This document shows positions 56,180-61,347 of a stretch of 61,347 nucleotides of DNA, in pieces. The first letter of the stretch is position 1; each line of letters opens with the position of its first letter. This DNA is from a virus (taxonomy: Duplodnaviria > Caudoviricetes). Location: IMG/VR virus record IMGVR_UViG_3300021519_000010, positions 1-61,347 of that record. One strand, 5' to 3'. The notes under the pieces are model-generated. The model did not search any database. It worked only from the letters and a program-made list of their open reading frames with translations, and was not told the DNA's origin. Made by a program: the position numbers and the translations under genes.

Positions 56180-57198
56180 ACGGCGGCGACGGTGAGGGCG
56201 TTGCCCGGACGATGCTGTCGCATAGCATCATAAATGTCGGATTTGTGCTTCATCATGAATGATACGGCCTCGGTCCAAAGAACGTCAAAATCCTTGCGTC
56301 CTATTTGCATCTTGTTGCGTACTCCCACCTTCGGGTCCTTGCCATCGTAGTGCCCGTAAATGCTGCAAAGCAGGATGCGCTGCACCATGATGTTGGGTGC
56401 CTGACTGACGATTGGCATCAAGATGTCGCGCAGGTTCACAGCCCCATCGGCCTCGGCAATGTCCGTGCCGCCGTTATCCTGATCCATTGACGGTGGAGCG
56501 GCATTCAGTTCAATGACGGGAGCGCGAAGAATGTCGCCACGGCACCGAGACTTAACGTGCTTCCGGTAGTGTCCCATGCAGGCATTTTTGCAGCTGATGT
56601 ACAATGCCTTGCGGAATGATGCCGTGGAGCCGTAATAAGATGCATTGCGCTTCAGATTCGGCACAAACTTCTTCAGGACCACGGTTTCGAATAAGTGCTG
56701 CTCCATATCCTTGTCGTCCCACCCGATGCGAGCATAAACGTTGTGGTTGGACGGGTAGTACTGGCTAACCACGCGCGGCACCACGGCCTTGGAGATTTCG
56801 ATGATCAGGTTGTACGTGAGCGTGAACTTTTCCTTTTCGTCCCATGAGACCACCTGCGTGCGTGCCGACTCCAGCAGGTATGCAAGGATACCGTCCCCGT
56901 TACCCATGCGAGATGCAACCATGGCAATGGCCTCCCGCCTGGTGCGTGCCGTTACCTGTTCTCGCCGGGTGTCCCCAGCAGTGGTTTTAAACGTTACCGC
57001 ATACTTGTAGTACGTACGGGCTCCGGTGGTGTCACCAATGTGCTGGCTGAACGCGGCGTCCACAGCTTGAATGAAGTCGTTTTGATCGCGCACGTCGCGC
57101 GTAGCATCGCGCCATGCGCGAATCAGGCCGGTGCAGTCTTCAATATCTGCGTACATAGCACGCAGATCAGGGTGTTCAAGGCTAATGGTGTTGGTCAT
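56176..57198 (-). CDS. Putative sigma-factor-like protein
   Basis: DDKDMEQHLF...SFRKALYISCKNACMGHYRK resembles sigma70 region 2. Confidence 0.45.
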   Translation of the reverse strand: MTNTISLEHPDLRAMYADIEDCTGLIRAWRDATRDVRDQNDFIQAVDAAFSQHIGDTTGARTYYKYAVTFKTTAGDTRREQVTARTRREAIAMVASRMGNGDGILAYLLESARTQVVSWDEKEKFTLTYNLIIEISKAVVPRVVSQYYPSNHNVYARIGWDDKDMEQHLFETVVLKKFVPNLKRNASYYGSTASFRKALYISCKNACMGHYRKHVKSRCRGDILRAPVIELNAAPPSMDQDNGGTDIAEADGAVNLRDILMPIVSQAPNIMVQRILLCSIYGHYDGKDPKVGVRNKMQIGRKDFDVLWTEAVSFMMKHKSDIYDAMRQHRPGNALTVAAV

Positions 57199-57228
57199 TT
57201 TAGAGAGTTGGGCAGGTGCGGCCTCGGT

Positions 57229-58269
57229 TCATAGTCTGGATGGAACTCCAATATCAAATGTGGTGCGGGAACGTTGCATGGCGGAGCGCATCAGGTCGTC
57301 CGAGGCCTCGTTGGGGTCGCCGTAGTCCAGCTTGCCAGCATACGCATTGAGGCCGCATTCTTCAAGTTCTGCGGCTACCAGCGCCGCCTTACCATAAGCG
57401 CCCTTATCTGTTGCATGCTTGGGTCCGTCAAATAACACACAAATTTCAGAAGGTTCCAATGCAATGATCTTACCCAGTTGGCTTTGCAGCCAATGCTCGT
57501 CGGGCTTGGGGTGTCCAACCGAGGTGCCGAGCAGTCCGAGAGCGTAATGCTGGTCGCCAAACTCCCTGCGGACGAAGTCATGAGCGGAAATGCGGTCCAG
57601 CCCACCCTCTACAAGCGTCATGCTACCACCGATGACGGCGTCATCCACGCCGTACAGCCAGTAGGACTTGCCCATCTCCACCTCGTCCTTGTACGGGTTC
57701 TTCTTCGGTGGCAGGTCGTCCCGGACGGCTCGCGCCTGCCAGTACACTAGCTCATCATCCTCGTAGACGGGGAAGATGCAGTACCCGGCCAATCTTCCCT
57801 CTACAGCGTACATGATTCGTGCATTCAGGACTTGCTCCATGGTCAGGCGCTTGTCGAGCATGTTTTGAATGAACGGGGTGGCGGCGACGTCGTCTTCCTG
57901 AATGAACCGGCACCCGCGTGGCAGCTCAATGCGTTGTTGCTTATACTCTGGCGGCTTCTCCAACGCGTCTCGCTCCGCCCAGAACTCGCGCGGGTTGGCC
58001 CGGATGACCGAGGCGACATACGGGGTCTCGATGTTGCGCCTGGCCAGCCACTGGTGAATGTTTTTTAAACCGGCTCCGCAGCGCACACAGAATCCGACAT
58101 TCTTCTTGAAATTCAGGCCGAGGTGACCAGCAGCTGACTTTCCGCTGCCGTCCGCTCCCATTCCTCGGTGAACACAAAACGGGCAGGCAATTTGTACCTC
58201 GCCGTTCGGTCCGATGAAGGCTACGCTGAACGTACTGCGTAGCTGCTGGAGGAGCAGGTCGCTAATCAT
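57229..58269 (-). CDS. DNA primase (Zn finger plus TOPRIM)
   Basis: CPFC..H..CVRC; IFPVY..YWQAR; LVEGGLD; VLFD..DPNE. Confidence 0.9.
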   Translation of the reverse strand: MISDLLLQQLRSTFSVAFIGPNGEVQIACPFCVHRGMGADGSGKSAAGHLGLNFKKNVGFCVRCGAGLKNIHQWLARRNIETPYVASVIRANPREFWAERDALEKPPEYKQQRIELPRGCRFIQEDDVAATPFIQNMLDKRLTMEQVLNARIMYAVEGRLAGYCIFPVYEDDELVYWQARAVRDDLPPKKNPYKDEVEMGKSYWLYGVDDAVIGGSMTLVEGGLDRISAHDFVRREFGDQHYALGLLGTSVGHPKPDEHWLQSQLGKIIALEPSEICVLFDGPKHATDKGAYGKAALVAAELEECGLNAYAGKLDYGDPNEASDDLMRSAMQRSRTTFDIGVPSRL

Positions 58270-58301
58270 CGGGCTTTCATAATTTGCCAAGAACTTGACA
58301 T
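58266..58301 (-). CDS. 11-aa leaderless uORF coupled to primase
   Basis: MSSSWQIMKAR*; its TGA overlaps the primase ATG. Confidence 0.45.
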   Translation of the reverse strand: MSSSWQIMKAR

Positions 58302-58307
58302 GTGGGT

Positions 58308-58336
58308 ACGTTAGCACACCGCCGCAAGCTTGTCAA
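58308..58336 (-). promoter_or_regulatory. Early promoter, leaderless
   Basis: TTGACA-17-TAACGT-6-ATG(58301). Confidence 0.85.
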
Positions 58337-58360
58337 GTCCTGCCTTTCCACCCGGATACA

Positions 58361-58392
58361 GAAGCGGCGCACCGTCTCTGATGCGCCGCTTC
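58361..58392 (-). terminator. Hairpin, probable terminator after 58427-59035
   Basis: GAAGCGGCGCA..TGCGCCGCTTC; weak U-tract. Confidence 0.55.
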
Positions 58393-58426
58393 CTCCCCCG
58401 CCCAAGGGGCCAACAGTTGTCTGCGA

Positions 58427-59035
58427 TTACGCGCCGAGCGTGTACTCGACGAACAGCGTGGCTTTACCAGCTGTGAGGGCCTCAACCGCCACGGTTGCCG
58501 TGATCAAGCGATCCACAGTGACGCCGATCATGGTGGCAGCGAACAATGCCGCTACCTCCACCTGTGTGTCATGTGCTGCATCCGCGCCGAGACTTGGGAA
58601 TCCGGGCTTGCCTGCATGGATTCCGGCGTCGAACATGTTCGTCGCGTCGCTGATGGCGATGGCTGCAAGCAGGTCGCCAGTGCTCTCCACCTTGAAGGCG
58701 ATGGTGGCTGCATCGGTCGCCGAGGTGAACGTAGTGTTGACCTGATAGAAGAACCGCGTGACAACGGCGAGCGCCGGGATGGTGACGCCGAGTGTGTGAG
58801 CCGCGATGGTGCGATCACCAGTGACGGCGGATGGATCGAAGACGGCCTGTGCAAGAAACTTTTCCGCCCCGCCGGAAGCGAGGAATCCAAGATCTTGTAG
58901 CGCCTGCCGCGCCGAGCGCGTACTAGCAGGTTGCAGCCCAGGTGTAGTGCCGAATGCTCCGAGCTTGCCCAGAATGGACTGCCCGAGCTTCGTACCATCC
59001 TTGGTAGTGCTGATTTTGTTTGCGTTGACTGCCAT
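58427..59035 (-). CDS. Putative virion (decoration/cement-like) protein
   Basis: Ala/Thr/Gly-rich, beta-like; capsid-like codon bias. Confidence 0.55.
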   Translation of the reverse strand: MAVNANKISTTKDGTKLGQSILGKLGAFGTTPGLQPASTRSARQALQDLGFLASGGAEKFLAQAVFDPSAVTGDRTIAAHTLGVTIPALAVVTRFFYQVNTTFTSATDAATIAFKVESTGDLLAAIAISDATNMFDAGIHAGKPGFPSLGADAAHDTQVEVAALFAATMIGVTVDRLITATVAVEALTAGKATLFVEYTLGA

Positions 59036-59089
59036 ATGATTGGTGCTTTATGCGAGTTCGAAGTTGCTTGTTGATTCGCCGAGGCGACC

Positions 59090-59578
59090 TTATTCCGGCC
59101 AACTTGCCGCAGAGTAGTCTGCAATTCCGTTGTCGGTGTCCGGAGCTGTCCCGTCCTTGCCGAATCCGGACTTGCCGATCTGCTCGATAGTGATGTTGCC
59201 CTGGTACTGCGCACCAGAGTACATGGCATCGAGGCGAAGTGCGCCACTGGACGTGGTGCCGTAGCCGGTGAGCTTGAGGTACTTCTTGGTCGGTGTGAGC
59301 GCGACCGTCTGCTGTCCGCCGGGCGCGACCGCGAGGTAGGAGCCGCCGGAGATGACAGCCCACGCGTCAGCGACGCCACGGTCGTCAGATGCCCAGACTT
59401 TGAAGTTCAGGATGCTGGCTGCCTTGGCACCGGCAGGGATGTTGGCGCGCTCCATGAGCGACTGAACGAGGAGGCTGACTTTGCCGACCTTGGGCTCGAC
59501 TGCGAGGATGCAAAGGTCTGCGACGTTGGCGACGCCCGAGGGCACCGCGAGTTGTCCGAGTTGTAAGATTCCAGCCAT
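59090..59578 (-). CDS. Putative virion protein
   Basis: Capsid-like codon bias; CA-rich leader. Confidence 0.55.
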   Translation of the reverse strand: MAGILQLGQLAVPSGVANVADLCILAVEPKVGKVSLLVQSLMERANIPAGAKAASILNFKVWASDDRGVADAWAVISGGSYLAVAPGGQQTVALTPTKKYLKLTGYGTTSSGALRLDAMYSGAQYQGNITIEQIGKSGFGKDGTAPDTDNGIADYSAASWPE

Positions 59579-59598
59579 TGGTAGTAGTAGTTAGTGGT

Positions 59599-60288
59599 TT
59601 AGTGTTTGTTATGTTTGCTTGTGCTCTGAGAATTAGGCGCTTGCGCATCTGGTGCAGACAGTTGCCGAGAGGTTGGTGACGCTCCGCACTTGTCACCCTT
59701 CCGGTAGTTGTCCTCAGCCCATAACGGTTGCAGGTTTGTGTAGTGGAAGCACTGCTTTTGTTGCTCCGGGTCTAGCATATCAAACTTTGCACACGGGACG
59801 CGATGGTCGATGTGCCACAGGTGGCGGTTATTCCATGTCATGCCCGGCAAAAACTTCGACTCAGTGTAGACCTTTAGGAACTCCGCAGTGCAGCCAAGCA
59901 ATGCTGCGGAGGTTGCGGCTTTACCAGCTTGTGCTGCATGAATGGCGTGGCTCATTCTGGTGCGCAGGCGTCTGGTGATGGCGTAGGCTGGGTCGTTGGC
60001 GAGACGCTCGCGTCTGCGTTTAGCTTTTAAGGCCTTCGTCTCTGGACGGGCAAGATACTTCCGCTTTTGTGCTTTAGCCGCGTCAGAAGAATTTCGCTTT
60101 GATCTGCGTGCACGCACCTCTGGTTTTGCGTAATACTCACCTAGCTTGACCTTTACCTCCGGACGCGCCAAGTATTCCCGCATGCGTACACATCGCTTTG
60201 CCTGCGACAGTGCCATTACTTGATCTGCGGTTTGATTGCGAACACGATGTTGATGGCGTCGCGGACCCTCAGCAACTGATACTGACAC
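59599..60288 (-). CDS. HNH/endonuclease VII-like homing endonuclease
   Basis: LLGC..F..GMTW.N..WHIDH..PC..FD..CFHYTNLQPLWA.DN..K. Confidence 0.85.
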   Translation of the reverse strand: MSVSVAEGPRRHQHRVRNQTADQVMALSQAKRCVRMREYLARPEVKVKLGEYYAKPEVRARRSKRNSSDAAKAQKRKYLARPETKALKAKRRRERLANDPAYAITRRLRTRMSHAIHAAQAGKAATSAALLGCTAEFLKVYTESKFLPGMTWNNRHLWHIDHRVPCAKFDMLDPEQQKQCFHYTNLQPLWAEDNYRKGDKCGASPTSRQLSAPDAQAPNSQSTSKHNKH

Positions 60289-60494
60289 GTGATCTTGACC
60301 CTTTCGGCTAGTTCACGAAGCGCATCCATCGCTGCAAGTCCACCTTCCCGCCACTCCATCTGGTTCAGTGGTTGTACTCGGACCAGCAGCGCATCTTCAG
60401 CCTTGTTCCAATGCATGCCCACCACGGAATCCATCAGTCGGATGTCGCTGGTGAGAGCGCCTGTTACTTTGTCTGCGAATGCGTTACGGTCCAT
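60216..60494 (-). CDS. Hypothetical protein
   Basis: TACGTATT upstream of MDRNAF. Confidence 0.5.
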   Translation of the reverse strand: MDRNAFADKVTGALTSDIRLMDSVVGMHWNKAEDALLVRVQPLNQMEWREGGLAAMDALRELAERVKITCQYQLLRVRDAINIVFAIKPQIK

Positions 60495-60544
60495 TGAAGT
60501 AATACGTAACCATTTGTGCGCACACCACAAAGCCCGCCGAAACC

Positions 60545-61141
60545 TTAGGCGCAGTTTGCCAGCAGACGTTCAACCAACCGTTCCGTCTGCTGCTTCGCAG
60601 ATGCCACCGTCACCCGGATGTTGTTATCAACCGCCGGTTCCACGTTCCACGACCGATCACCGAGCTTGGTGGTCTTCAGACCCTTGGCCAGCAGTTGGTA
60701 AAACCACGAATACTCCTTCGCCGCAGGTGTGATGATGTTCGGCTGCTTAGTTGAGAGATTGAGTCTCCCCTCCGTGACGGTGGATGACTCAGAATCACTC
60801 GTGGAGCCAAACGCAATGGCATCAGGGTCATCAAAAGACTGGACCTCCTTAACCCACCCAGCCTCCCACACTCCTCTTGACGGTGCCGCTGATGCTGCGG
60901 TTGGACCACACTTTTCTACGTCCCATTCACCATCCGATCTGCGGTCAAGCCGAACCCATCCGCCGCCATTTTCAAACACATCTCTCACCCCATGGCGATT
61001 TCCGTGCTGCGCGATGATTCGAGGAGTAATGCGAGTCAAAATAGACTGGTTGCCATATACTTGCCCAGCATCAGCGTTGCGCCTCCATTGATACAAATAG
61101 AACGGCTTTTTCACTCCATCTGGTAGTGCGCGCTTGCTCAT
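60545..61141 (-). CDS. Hypothetical protein with E| site
   Basis: TVTE|G; ends LVERLLANCA; TAGGTATT upstream. Confidence 0.55.
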   Translation of the reverse strand: MSKRALPDGVKKPFYLYQWRRNADAGQVYGNQSILTRITPRIIAQHGNRHGVRDVFENGGGWVRLDRRSDGEWDVEKCGPTAASAAPSRGVWEAGWVKEVQSFDDPDAIAFGSTSDSESSTVTEGRLNLSTKQPNIITPAAKEYSWFYQLLAKGLKTTKLGDRSWNVEPAVDNNIRVTVASAKQQTERLVERLLANCA

Positions 61142-61347
61142 CTTTAATACCTACTCTCCGTCATTCGTCGAGTTCGTCCGTATCCGGTGCGACCCCGTCC
61201 GGATACACCGGGCGATCCTCCAGTACCCCGGCGTGCTGGTTGGCACAGGTGTCATCGTAAATTTCCTGCACACGTGCTACAGGAATTTTGAGCCGCCGAG
61301 ACAGGTCTACCGGCCCGTTTGGTGTGACATCCTCCTTCATGTGCTCA

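Noticed and set aside
1-61347. Stop-codon recoding
   Set aside because: Conserved genes are full length in the standard code, and TAA, TAG and TGA all end plausible genes.

Overview
This ~61 kb window looks like part of a large, GC-rich T4-like (myovirus/jumbo) phage genome. Recognisable genes include gp23-type major capsid, a gp21 prohead protease fused to a scaffold-like tail, tail sheath and tube, gp25/gp53-like baseplate proteins, class II RNR, dCTP deaminase, ACP, primase, TraR/DksA, two free-standing HNH endonucleases and a phage tmRNA. The main finding is an 11-residue leader, M-x-P-x-x-F-x-x-[LMI]-x-E|, found about 20 times at the start of, or inside, unrelated small genes. Their cargo resembles ADP-ribosyltransferases, GNATs, ParB-like, JAB-like and Cys-His-Asp domains. 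Several long ORFs are also punctuated by gp21-type E| sites. By analogy with the T4 capsid-targeting sequence, I infer a large, modular, shuffled set of capsid-packaged, protease-released effectors. Twelve near-identical sigma70-type promoters sit 6-8 nt before an ATG, implying leaderless mRNAs. A candidate late-promoter motif (TANNTRTY) and a 94-bp duplication of the tmRNA 3' end are also present. All calls come from motif recognition by eye; no database searches were run.
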